Assembly (NCBI GenBank): GCA_963674745.2
Contig: CAXXDV010000003.1
Span: 2,528,001 to 2,592,000, forward strand
DNA length: 64,000 nucleotides
From: Desulfosudaceae bacterium
Lineage (GTDB): Bacteria; Desulfobacterota; Desulfobacteria; Desulfobacterales; Desulfosudaceae
Reading direction: 5' to 3'
Of this stretch, positions 9,749-19,209 are shown one piece after another. Position 1 is the stretch's first letter, and each line of letters opens with the position of its first letter. The notes under the pieces were generated by a model. That model did not search any database and was not told where the DNA came from. It saw nothing but the letters and a program-made list of their open reading frames with translations. The translations under genes were made by a program, and so were the position numbers.

Positions 9749-9827
9749 TTTTTTAAATTCATTTTTTCACAAAATGTCAAATCATATTCACATTTGGTCA
9801 AGACATAGTGCTCGAATATAATTTAAA
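9749..9827 (+). promoter_or_regulatory. Putative AraC-activated promoter of the GRE operon (tandem TTCACA-N4-GTCAA boxes)
   Basis: Direct repeats at 9766-9780 and 9787-9801 (21-bp period) and TATAAT at 9817-9822. Near-identical block at 24426-24504. Confidence 0.7.
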
Positions 9828-10142
9828 ATATATATTTAACCGGGCCTTTTCTTTACAAACTGGGATAAGGAATGGAACTCTACTCTCGTGTGATCAGGCA
9901 CCTCGGCACAAACTGCATCGGCGTTTCCAGTGTTCAGAATAGAGCTGTTTAATAACACGACCTTGATTGTTTTTATTTGAATTTAGGAAACGGGGAACAT
10001 TGTTGTTGCCTTAGATTGTTTTATGTGCATAATCAAATATATAGACCGTTTCACGGCAGAAGTGTTTTTTAGAAAGCAGGATGCCGTAAAAGCTTCGTTC
10101 AGGCAAAGCGAATAGTTTGCGACTGCAAATAAGGAGGGTATC

Positions 10143-12863
10143 ATGAGTGTCGGCGCGCAGTCACTTAATGTGGCGAGGACGCCTACCCAAAGGTTGAATG
10201 AGGACAGGATCTACAAAATTGTTCAGCTCAGGGAGGCCGAAGAACCGTCCGTCCATGAACCGGCCAAACAGACACTCAACCCTGATGTCAAGATCTGCCT
10301 TGAGCGGGCCGAACTGGTAACCGCGTCATACCGGCAGACCGAGGGCGAACCCTGGATTATTCGCCGCGCCAGGGCGCTCGCCCACCTCCTGGACAACATG
10401 ACCATTTACATCCTGGACAATGAACTGATCGTCGGAAATTACGCCAGCACGCCTGACAGCCTTCCCACATACCCGGAATTTTCTCACATGTGGCTGGAAA
10501 AGGGCCTGGACAATGAATTCAAGCACACCCTGGACGAGGAAGGAAAGAAGCGGCTGAAGGAGATCAACAGATATTGGGTCAACCACGATGTTGAGCACGT
10601 TCTGTACGAGGTGGTGCCCGATGAGCTGAAAAATCATCTCCACTGGAACGGGGTTGTCACAGGGCCCTGGTTCTGGCCTCTGGGGCACATGGTGCCCAAC
10701 TATCAGGACCGGGTGTTCCCGCTCGGCATCAAGGGCATGCTGGACGAGGTTGACCATTATCGTTCAAAGATATCCGAAACCGACCCCGAATACAGGGAAA
10801 AACTGGATTTTTATGAAGCCTGCGAAATCAGCGCCAGAGCGGTAACAGCCTGGATACTCCGTTATGCGAAACTGGCGCAGGAAAAGGCCGCCCGGGCCAA
10901 TGATGCCAGGCTCAAAGCCGACTTTTTGAAAGTGGCCGGGGTCTGTTCAAACATAGCCGAAAACCCGCCGCAAAATTTTCATGAAGCATTGCAGGCCTTC
11001 TGGTTCTTTCACCTGCTCACAACCCAGATCACCTGGAGTTCAGTGGGTTTGGGGCAACGATTTGACCAGCTCTTTTATTCATATTACCGGAAAGACAAAG
11101 AAGCAGGCCGGCTCACCTATGAGGGTGCGGTTGAACTGTTCGAGCACCTCTGGATCAAGCTTGACGACCTGGGCCAGATCAATCCGACGGAATCCTGTTA
11201 CATCCAGGTGGGCGGGACCAAATTCCAGAACGTAACCATCGGGGGAACGGACGAGTTTGGCAACGACGCCTCCAATGAATTGTCTTTTGCATGTGTCGAT
11301 GCCACCATGAACGTGCGCACCCTTCAGCCGGCACTCTGCCTGCGCTACCACGACAAAATCGACCCCAAACTGGTTGACAAGTCAATAGACTGCATTGTTT
11401 CCGGAATGGGTATGCCCTCGATTTTTAATGATAAAGCCGCCATTAAATACCTTTTAAGCTTGAGCTCCAGCGTATTCAAAGAATTTGAACCCGACCGGGT
11501 GACGTTGGACATGCTGGGGGTAAAGGTGTCGGGTTCCACGCAGGTACTCAGCAGGTCCGGCAGAATGGCAAGAAGGCTTGTCGAAAAAGCCCTGCCGGTT
11601 GCTGTTAAGGAAAAACTCGATAATACGCTTCGTGAGCTGCCATACTTCCTGCTGACCGATGGCGGGAAAACCGGGGCCTTTATTCGAAGCGGACTGAAAA
11701 AGATCGGGATGGATCTTGACCGGTTGCTGGTCATTCCCCGCAGCTGGGCCAGTGTGGCCTGTGTAGGCGCCGGCTTCCCCAACGGCCTGGTTATCCAGGG
11801 GACCCTGACCACAATCATTACCGCCGGCGTATTGAACTTTTTAAAATGCCTGGAGTACGTCCTGTACCAGGGGGTTGATCCGGCAACCGGCAACCAGCTG
11901 GGAATCAGGACGCCCGACCCCAGGACATTTCAGTCCTATGATGAATTTTTGGCCGCCTTTCTCGAACAGCTTAAACACCAGATAAACATGACCGGAAAAA
12001 TTTTCGAGATCGCGGACAGGCTTTACGCGGAAAGGACCCCGCGCCCACTGGAATCCCTGCTCATGAACACACCGGTCATCCGGGGCAAAGATGCGACCCG
12101 TAAAGGTGATTTTGCGGACAGTGAGATATTCACAATGGGGCCGGTAAATGCGGCTGATTCCCTGACAGCCGTAAAAAAACTCGTGTTTGACGACAAATCG
12201 GTTTCCATGGACGAGTTGATTAACGCCTGCCTTGCCGACTGGGAAGAATACGAAGACCTTCACCGTAAATGCCTCGACGTCCCCAAGTTCGGTAATGATA
12301 ACGACTATGCGGATCAGGTATTAAACCAGATGTACATTAAGGCAAACAGAGCGGTTTCCGGTATTAACAATCACCTTGGTGTGCCTTTCCGGCTGGAAGC
12401 GACCCTGGCCGGCGGGTACTTCATCGGCGGCATTTCATGCGGCGCGACGCCTGACGGGAGAAAGAAAGGGGAGACCGTAGCTGACGGTCAGCTCTCGCCC
12501 ATGCATGGGATGGACATGAACGGACCGACCGCGGTCCTCAAATCATGTTCCAAGGTCGATCCCGCCCAAAGCTGGAACCAATTGTGCAATCAAAAGATAC
12601 AGCCCGGGTTTATGAAAGGGAAAAACAGGGAGATGTTCACCCAGTATTTGAAAACCTGGGCTTCTTTCAATAACTGGCATATTCAATTCAACTGCCAGGA
12701 CGCCGAAGCGCTCAAGGACGCGCAGCTGCATCCGGAAAAGCACAAGAACCTTGTGGTCCGCGTTGCCGGTTACAGCGCTCATTTTGTTGACCTTACGCCC
12801 GGCCTGCAGAAAGACATCATCAGGCGCACGGAGCAGGACCTGGGCAGCTTCCGAAGCTGTTAA
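10143..12863 (+). CDS. Glycyl radical enzyme (PFL2-like superfamily), substrate unknown
   Basis: ICLERAELVTASY, ELIVGN, GQRFDQ, GATPDGRKKGE, GPTAVLKS; Gly loop LVVRVAGYSAHF (Gly876); Cys loop WASVACVG (Cys540); AGGAGG RBS. Confidence 0.93.
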   Translation: MSVGAQSLNVARTPTQRLNEDRIYKIVQLREAEEPSVHEPAKQTLNPDVKICLERAELVTASYRQTEGEPWIIRRARALAHLLDNMTIYILDNELIVGNYASTPDSLPTYPEFSHMWLEKGLDNEFKHTLDEEGKKRLKEINRYWVNHDVEHVLYEVVPDELKNHLHWNGVVTGPWFWPLGHMVPNYQDRVFPLGIKGMLDEVDHYRSKISETDPEYREKLDFYEACEISARAVTAWILRYAKLAQEKAARANDARLKADFLKVAGVCSNIAENPPQNFHEALQAFWFFHLLTTQITWSSVGLGQRFDQLFYSYYRKDKEAGRLTYEGAVELFEHLWIKLDDLGQINPTESCYIQVGGTKFQNVTIGGTDEFGNDASNELSFACVDATMNVRTLQPALCLRYHDKIDPKLVDKSIDCIVSGMGMPSIFNDKAAIKYLLSLSSSVFKEFEPDRVTLDMLGVKVSGSTQVLSRSGRMARRLVEKALPVAVKEKLDNTLRELPYFLLTDGGKTGAFIRSGLKKIGMDLDRLLVIPRSWASVACVGAGFPNGLVIQGTLTTIITAGVLNFLKCLEYVLYQGVDPATGNQLGIRTPDPRTFQSYDEFLAAFLEQLKHQINMTGKIFEIADRLYAERTPRPLESLLMNTPVIRGKDATRKGDFADSEIFTMGPVNAADSLTAVKKLVFDDKSVSMDELINACLADWEEYEDLHRKCLDVPKFGNDNDYADQVLNQMYIKANRAVSGINNHLGVPFRLEATLAGGYFIGGISCGATPDGRKKGETVADGQLSPMHGMDMNGPTAVLKSCSKVDPAQSWNQLCNQKIQPGFMKGKNREMFTQYLKTWASFNNWHIQFNCQDAEALKDAQLHPEKHKNLVVRVAGYSAHFVDLTPGLQKDIIRRTEQDLGSFRSC

Positions 12864-12898
12864 CCCGAATATTTACCGTCCCTAAAAAACCGTTTACG

Positions 12899-13888
12899 AT
12901 GTTCGACAAATTAAAACGCTTTTCCGGTAATTTTATAAGAACGTCTTCGGGCAAATCCCGTGAACCCGATGTCGCAGGCCGTATTTTTAATATCCAGAAG
13001 TTCAGTATTAACGATGGCCCGGGAATCAGGACCACTGTTTTTTTTAAAGGGTGCCCGCTGCACTGTGCCTGGTGCTCCAACCCGGAATCGATCAATCCCA
13101 ACCCCGAACTGATAACCAACTTTCAGGTCTGCGTCCACTGCAACCAATGCGTCGAGGCATGCACGCAAAACGCCATCATTGTAGAAAATTCCGAAAACAG
13201 CAGACCGGTGAGATCGATCAACCGCGAGAAGTGCAACGCATGCATGGATTGCGTCAAAAACTGTACCTCGGGTGCCCTGCGCTCTACAGGAAGTACTGTC
13301 TCTGCAAAAGCGGTTCTGGAAAAGGTCGAGCAGGACGTACCTTTTTACAACAACAGCGGTGGCGGGATCACCCTCTCCGGAGGCGAGCCCTTGCTTCAGC
13401 CTGAGTTTGCCCTTGCCATCCTGAAGCTCAGCAAGAGAAAAAAAATTCACACGGTTCTGGATACCAGCGGCTACGCTCAGAAAGAAGTCTTCAAAACCGT
13501 GCTGCCGTTTCTTGACCTGGTCATGTTTGACGTTAAGCATATGGATCCGGGAATTCACAAAAAATATACCGGGGTGGACAACAGGATAATTCAGGAAAAT
13601 CTCGGGTACCTGAACGGGAAAGTCAATATCTGGCTGCGCGTGCCTTTGATTCCGGGGTTCAACGATGACCAAGAAACGATTATCAAAATACTGGACCTGG
13701 CCGGGGATCTTTGTATAGAAAAGCTCTTTTTCCTGCCTTACCATCAATGGGGGATCGGTAAGTATTCGGGTTTGGGAAGAACATATACATTATCTGGTTT
13801 GGAGTCCATCCCTGATGAGAAAATTGAAGTTATAAGACATTTATGTAAATCCAGGAAAATCCGCAATTATGATATCGAACAGGGATAA
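12899..13888 (+). CDS. Glycyl-radical enzyme activating protein (radical SAM with 2x[4Fe-4S] insert)
   Basis: DGPGIRTTVFFKGCPLHCAWCSNPE; CVHCNQCVEAC and CNACMDCVKNC; GGITLSGGEP. Confidence 0.95.
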   Translation: MFDKLKRFSGNFIRTSSGKSREPDVAGRIFNIQKFSINDGPGIRTTVFFKGCPLHCAWCSNPESINPNPELITNFQVCVHCNQCVEACTQNAIIVENSENSRPVRSINREKCNACMDCVKNCTSGALRSTGSTVSAKAVLEKVEQDVPFYNNSGGGITLSGGEPLLQPEFALAILKLSKRKKIHTVLDTSGYAQKEVFKTVLPFLDLVMFDVKHMDPGIHKKYTGVDNRIIQENLGYLNGKVNIWLRVPLIPGFNDDQETIIKILDLAGDLCIEKLFFLPYHQWGIGKYSGLGRTYTLSGLESIPDEKIEVIRHLCKSRKIRNYDIEQG

Positions 13889-14127
13889 TCCGGGCCCCTA
13901 TCATATCTCATTTTTTTACATTCATTTTTTCGCAAGAAGTACAGGGTAATGCAGATAAAAAATTTGCACGACAAAAAGGAATAGCAAAAGTGGCCGTCAG
14001 CAGATCTTTTTTTTGAAGATGATGTCGGAACGGCATGGATAAAATGGTTCATAAATAGTTATTTCCTGCGTTACAGGTAATTTTTTAGGGTAAAAAGAGA
14101 ACCAGAAAACCATTATGCGAAAGGCCT

Positions 14128-15207
14128 ATGACCAGCAAAGCCGAAAAATTACCTTCACCTGAAAAAAATAACGGGTTAAAGACGGATTCACCGAAAACCA
14201 GCGGCGCTTTTCAATCGGGGATAAAAAGAGCCCTGCCCCTGGTCGTGAGCGGCCTGCTCCTTTATTATTATTTTCGCGACCAGGACTGGGGTTCCCTGCT
14301 GGCCGCCGCCGGCAGGGCGGAAATAACAACGGCTGTCCTGGCCATCCTGATCCCCCAGTTAATCATCTGGATTTTTGACGTGTTGATAATCGATCGTCAC
14401 TTTCGCTGGTTCCACGCCCCATTTGACTGGCGCGCTTTCTTCCGGGTGCGCGGCGCCTTCTACATCATCCTTCTCGTCAACTACACCATCGGCGGCGGAG
14501 GGCTGCTGCTTTACCTGAAGCGCAAAACAGGCATGACCTGGGCAAGGTTGATGGGGATCGGCCTGTTCCGTTTCGGGCTGACCATGTTCGGCCTCTGCCT
14601 GCTCCTGATCCCGGCCACACTGGCCATGCAGTATTACGGCCTGGCAGCCAGGGCCCGGCTCAACATGCACCTCTGGTGGGCGGGGCTGATATTCAGCACC
14701 CTGTGGATGATTGAATCATGGACGTACTGGCACCACAAGCGCGGCGCCGGTCTCAGCAGCCTGCTCGCCGGCAACCGGGAAAGCGAGTTCTGGACAGCGT
14801 TTCAGAATGCATCCAAAAGGCAGTGGTTCCTTACCTGGGCCATGGGGCTGCCGCCGATTTTCATCATGCTCTCCGGTGTCTATATTCTGGCACTGGCGTT
14901 CAACATCCGCATTCCCTTGCCGGAATATATTGTCGTTGCGCCACTGATGTTTGTGATTGCAGACCTGCCGGTTTCATTCGGCGGGTTCGGCACCATGACC
15001 ATGGCCTGGTTCCTGTTCTTTGGTGATTACGGGGCAAGCGAAAATATCGCGGCACTGACCCTTTTTCTGCCGACCGTTCGCGCGATCATCAGGGCCGCCA
15101 TAGGGATGGTTTCACTGCCGTTCGCCATGAAAGACATCCCGACGCTGCTCAACGGCGGTATGCAGGGAACAGCGGATCAACCACAGCCGGAACCCGGAGA
15201 AGCATGA
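14128..15207 (+). CDS. Integral membrane protein, lysylphosphatidylglycerol-synthase TM / flippase-like (UPF0104)
   Basis: LVVSGLLLYYYFRDQDW N-terminus, about 8 TM segments, DLPVSFGGFG motif. Confidence 0.65.
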   Translation: MTSKAEKLPSPEKNNGLKTDSPKTSGAFQSGIKRALPLVVSGLLLYYYFRDQDWGSLLAAAGRAEITTAVLAILIPQLIIWIFDVLIIDRHFRWFHAPFDWRAFFRVRGAFYIILLVNYTIGGGGLLLYLKRKTGMTWARLMGIGLFRFGLTMFGLCLLLIPATLAMQYYGLAARARLNMHLWWAGLIFSTLWMIESWTYWHHKRGAGLSSLLAGNRESEFWTAFQNASKRQWFLTWAMGLPPIFIMLSGVYILALAFNIRIPLPEYIVVAPLMFVIADLPVSFGGFGTMTMAWFLFFGDYGASENIAALTLFLPTVRAIIRAAIGMVSLPFAMKDIPTLLNGGMQGTADQPQPEPGEA

Positions 15208-15230
15208 GCCGGGCCGGCGTTCCATTTATC

Positions 15231-17294
15231 TTATCTCTTGCTGCCATAAGGGATACCCAGTTTGTTCATCCTGTTCCGGAGGGTGCCGGGTTTTATTTTC
15301 AGCATTTCAGCAGCGCCCCCGGGGCCGTTTATCTTGCCGCCTGCAAGGGCCAGCACTTTTGTGATATGCTTGATATATACCTTATCCATTTCCAGGTCCT
15401 CATTTTCAGCATTCTCGCTGTCCGGTGAAGCGTTAATCGGCAGCCGGAGGCCAATGTTCTGAAAAGAGAGTGCTCCCCCCTTGCAAAGAATCAATTCCCT
15501 TTCAATAATATTCTCCAGTTCTCTTACGTTACCCGGCCATTCATAATTGAACAGCCTGTCAATGGCATCGGGAGAGAGAGATGGTTTGTTTTTGAGATTC
15601 AGTTCCCGGGATTTCTTCTCAATGAAATGATTCACCAGGGCCGGAATATCCGAACGCCTCAATCTCAGAGGCGGAATCCGGATGGGGAAGACGTTCAGGC
15701 GGAACCACAGGTCCTCCCTGAACTGCCCGGATGCCACCAGTTCTTCCAGGTTGCGATGGGTGGCGGCGATGATGCGGACGTCAACAGGTATGGTTTCCGT
15801 TCCGCCAACACGTTCGATGACTTTATTCTGAATCACCCGGATCAGACGGACCTGGGCCTGGAGGGTCATTTCTGCGATTTCATCCAGAAAGATCGTTCCG
15901 CCATTGGCCCGTTCGAAGCGGCCAATTCCCCGGGATTCAGCGCCGGTGAACGAGCCCTCCTCATGACCGAACAGTTCGCTGTCCACCAGCGTTTCCGGTA
16001 TGGCGCCGCAATTGACCTTGATCAAGGGACCGTCCCTTCTGAATGATTTCCAGTGGATGAAATTAGCAATCATTTCCTTGCCCACGCCGGTTTCACCCAG
16101 CAGCAAGACCGGGCTGTCCTTATTGGCAACGAGACGGGCATTTTCCACAACCGTTTTAAGACCCGAGGTTTCACCGACAAGAATATCCTCCCTGGTCTCC
16201 TGCAGTTCTTCCTGAAGTGCCGCCCTCTCTTGTTCGAGGATATTCTTCAGCTCGATGATTTCGCGGTTCTTGATATGATTTGAAAGCGCCAGGGCAAAAA
16301 GATCATGGAGCATTGAAAACCAGTGCCTGTGTTCTTCCGTATAGGCGTTTTTTCCTTCGGTAATGACGGAAGCGATGCCCAGCGGCTCCCTGTCATGCAT
16401 AAGGAACATGGTAAGCGCCGACCAGTTGGCACCGTACATTTCCACATAACGGTTCAGGGCGGGGAATCTTTCGGGTTGATTGATAATAACAACTTTGGGA
16501 GAAGTTGTCTTTCCCTCGGGACTCAGATGTTCTGTATACCGGGTCAACAGCTCAGTATTGAAATAGTCAAAAACCCCGTTCGGACTGACCCCGATAAAAC
16601 CGTCCATCGGGTTTGTAAAATGCTTGTGAACGGTAAGCATGGCAACCGGCATAAACCGGCTGAGGTATTGCAGGCAGTGCAAAACACCGGCTTCAAGATC
16701 AAGATGACCGCATAACCGTTTGGTGACCTGGCGGAAGAATTCATATTTATCGCCCACAGGTTCTTTCTGACCGGGTCCGGCGGATTTTCCGGCATAATCC
16801 TCAATGACGGCATTCAGAAACCATTTATGCTCATTATACAAACCAAAAACCTGGCGGGCATGGTTTTCTGTAAACCGGTTCCTGCCTCTGGCAACAAAAA
16901 AGATTGCCCCGTAAGCGACAGATCGTTTTTTAAAGACTGTACCCAGCGCAGACCAGTCCGAAAAGCTGAATCCTGTCGCGATATAGTTCCCGATCGGGTC
17001 CATTTCCGGTTCATTAATAATGTATGTGTCTGGCAAGCTCCGGGTTTTCGATAGCTGATGGATTTCTTCGGGAACCGAAAATAAAAAATTTGTTTTCTCA
17101 CAACCTGTGTCAGCGGCCTGGGCAATGAACCGTACCACATGCCGGTCAGAATCATATTGAAACATGTTCATCCGATCAACAGGCAGTATCTGGCGAAGAT
17201 AACCATAGAACGCGTATAGCGCCTCGTAGATGTCCCCGCCCGAGGCTGCATGCCGCATTATCCGTTTCAAATCACTGTCTGGTTTGTTTTTCAT
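15231..17294 (-). CDS. sigma54-dependent activator (tandem GAF-like domains, AAA+, Fis HTH), copy 1
   Basis: GETGVGKE, ELFGHEEGSFTGA, FLDEI, WPGNVREL, C-terminal HTH. Confidence 0.93.
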   Translation of the reverse strand: MKNKPDSDLKRIMRHAASGGDIYEALYAFYGYLRQILPVDRMNMFQYDSDRHVVRFIAQAADTGCEKTNFLFSVPEEIHQLSKTRSLPDTYIINEPEMDPIGNYIATGFSFSDWSALGTVFKKRSVAYGAIFFVARGRNRFTENHARQVFGLYNEHKWFLNAVIEDYAGKSAGPGQKEPVGDKYEFFRQVTKRLCGHLDLEAGVLHCLQYLSRFMPVAMLTVHKHFTNPMDGFIGVSPNGVFDYFNTELLTRYTEHLSPEGKTTSPKVVIINQPERFPALNRYVEMYGANWSALTMFLMHDREPLGIASVITEGKNAYTEEHRHWFSMLHDLFALALSNHIKNREIIELKNILEQERAALQEELQETREDILVGETSGLKTVVENARLVANKDSPVLLLGETGVGKEMIANFIHWKSFRRDGPLIKVNCGAIPETLVDSELFGHEEGSFTGAESRGIGRFERANGGTIFLDEIAEMTLQAQVRLIRVIQNKVIERVGGTETIPVDVRIIAATHRNLEELVASGQFREDLWFRLNVFPIRIPPLRLRRSDIPALVNHFIEKKSRELNLKNKPSLSPDAIDRLFNYEWPGNVRELENIIERELILCKGGALSFQNIGLRLPINASPDSENAENEDLEMDKVYIKHITKVLALAGGKINGPGGAAEMLKIKPGTLRNRMNKLGIPYGSKR

Positions 17295-17356
17295 AAATTG
17301 TTCCCGTAATTATTTCAGCCGGGATATCTCATCTTCAGGCCGTCCTGGCACAATTT

Positions 17357-17400
17357 AATGTAGCGGAGGGCTGCGCCCTCCAAAATTATGGAAGGCTGAA
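17357..17400. repeat. GTAG-type REP doublet (left part; continues at 19160-19178 after the IS)
   Basis: GTAGCGGAGGGCTGCGCCCTCC, plus an inverted GGAAGGC-TGAA-GCCTTCCGCTAC once the IS is removed. Confidence 0.75.
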
Positions 17401-19159
17401 CAGGCTGTCCAACAACCTGTTGTTTGAGCCCCCGCGTTCATGTTTGAAAATTGTAAATTTTTCCTTTAAAGATAGCTAAAAAATTAAATTATATACTTGA
17501 TTTTATTGAAAAAATATTATATTTATAACTCCAAGTCAATCTTATTTCGAGGAGTTTATTTTGAGCGTCCGTGAACCCAAAAACGTCAGGCCTTATTGCC
17601 AAAACCAAAGTCTTTTGTTTCCTCCCAACCTGCTGGACTTTATCCAACATGATGACCTCTGCATGGTTGTCGATGATGTCGTCAACACGCTTGATCTCTC
17701 CTGTCTTTACCGCAAAACATCTTATGAAGGGAACATGTCGTATCATCCTAAAATGATGTTGAAAGTCCTGTTCTATTCCTATGCCAGCGGGATCTTCAGT
17801 TCTCGCCGCATTGCCAAAGCGTTGGGTGAAAATATCGCCCTTATCTATCTGGCCGCCTGGCAACGGCCGGACTTCCGCACGGTTAATAACTTCAGGCGCA
17901 ACAATTTAAGCGAGCTTGAGGATTTATTTATTCAAATTGTCCGTCTCTGCCAGCAGCTTAAAATGGTTACACTCGGCCATATATCTATCGATGGTTCCAA
18001 GTTCAAAGCCAATGCCGCGGATCGGCAGTCATATGACCGGGCCCGCATTGAAAAAGAGATGAAGCGTCTTCTGGAAAAGGCGACGGAAAAAGATCGTGAA
18101 GAAGACGCTCTTTACGGTTCGGATAAATCCGGAGATGAACTTCCCGAGGATATCCGGAACCGGAACCGCCGTATCGAAAGATTAAAAAAACTTCGGCAGC
18201 AACTGGATCAGGAAGACAAGAAAAAACTCAATGCTACTGATCCAGAGGCGGTGTTCATGAAAACAAAAAATCGTTTTCAAACATCATACAACGCGCAGGC
18301 CTCGGTCGACGAAACATCTCAGATTGTCATTGCCGCCAAGGTGATCAATACCAACGACCGGGATCAGTTGTTGCCGATGATTGAACAGACAGCACAAAAC
18401 ACACAGGCGTCGGTCCGTATCGTAAGCGCTGATGCCGGTTACAGTTCAGTCAATAACCTTGAAAAACTGGAAGGCATCGAAGGCCTAGACGCTTACATCC
18501 CGGATGATACCTACCAGAGCCACAGCCGCGGGCATAAAGACACGTCTTTTGATAAAAGCAAGTTCATTTATGACGAATCGGCTGATGTGTTTACCTGCCC
18601 TGCCGGCAAGGCCTTAGCGTTCTGGCAAAGCAAGCAGGACAAATGCGCCGACTATCGGGTTTATCGCTGCCGGGAGTGCAAAGTCTGTCCGCATTTTGGA
18701 GAGTGCACCAAAAACAGACGAGGACGGACCATCTGGCGGATGGTGGGAGAAGAACGGATCAAAGCCATGCGCTCAAAGCTGGACAGTGACACCGGCAAGG
18801 CCATTTACGCTAAGCGAAAGCATATAGTCGAGCCTGTCTTCGGGCACATAAAAACAGTCATCGGTTTTACCGGGTTCCACCTGCGGGGGTTACACAAGGT
18901 CAATGGGGAGTTCATGTTGGTGGCCATTGCCCACAATCTGAAAAAAATATCAAAAAAAGGTTACAAAAAAGGGATTGGCCTTACCCCAATGACAGTAAAA
19001 ATGTAATACGGAGGCAGAGGAGCCTGGTTTTATGCTTCCAGCGACAAAAAAGCTTGGCGTCGAGATATTTAAATAAAATTTTCAAAGAGCAGGCGATCAA
19101 CTAACGAAATCGGACCGCATAAAAATCAAAAACATATAGGAAGGCTGCGGGACAGCCTG
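17401..19159 (+). mobile_element. IS1182-family insertion sequence, apparently complete
   Basis: TIRs CAGGCTGTCCAACAACCT / AGGCTGCGGGACAGCCTG (15/18 match) and a 4-bp target duplication TGAA (17397-17400, 19160-19163). Confidence 0.9.
17561..19006 (+). CDS. IS1182-family DDE transposase
   Basis: YHPKMMLKVLFYSY...SSRRI, IDGSKFKANA, ADAGY, VEPVFGHIK, AHNLKK. Confidence 0.93.
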   Translation: MSVREPKNVRPYCQNQSLLFPPNLLDFIQHDDLCMVVDDVVNTLDLSCLYRKTSYEGNMSYHPKMMLKVLFYSYASGIFSSRRIAKALGENIALIYLAAWQRPDFRTVNNFRRNNLSELEDLFIQIVRLCQQLKMVTLGHISIDGSKFKANAADRQSYDRARIEKEMKRLLEKATEKDREEDALYGSDKSGDELPEDIRNRNRRIERLKKLRQQLDQEDKKKLNATDPEAVFMKTKNRFQTSYNAQASVDETSQIVIAAKVINTNDRDQLLPMIEQTAQNTQASVRIVSADAGYSSVNNLEKLEGIEGLDAYIPDDTYQSHSRGHKDTSFDKSKFIYDESADVFTCPAGKALAFWQSKQDKCADYRVYRCRECKVCPHFGECTKNRRGRTIWRMVGEERIKAMRSKLDSDTGKAIYAKRKHIVEPVFGHIKTVIGFTGFHLRGLHKVNGEFMLVAIAHNLKKISKKGYKKGIGLTPMTVKM

Positions 19160-19209
19160 TGAAGCCTTCCGCTACATTGTTTTCTGCATATGGAAAGCGC
19201 AGCATTTTG

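Noticed and set aside
9872..9952. Small ORF as a GRE Fe-S small subunit
   Set aside because: It is only 26 codons with one Cys and poor RBS spacing.
10143..12863. Calling the GRE pflB, cutC, hypD, bssA or assA
   Set aside because: It lacks the CC, GCVE and LCMSP signatures and the small-subunit genes, so no symbol is justified.
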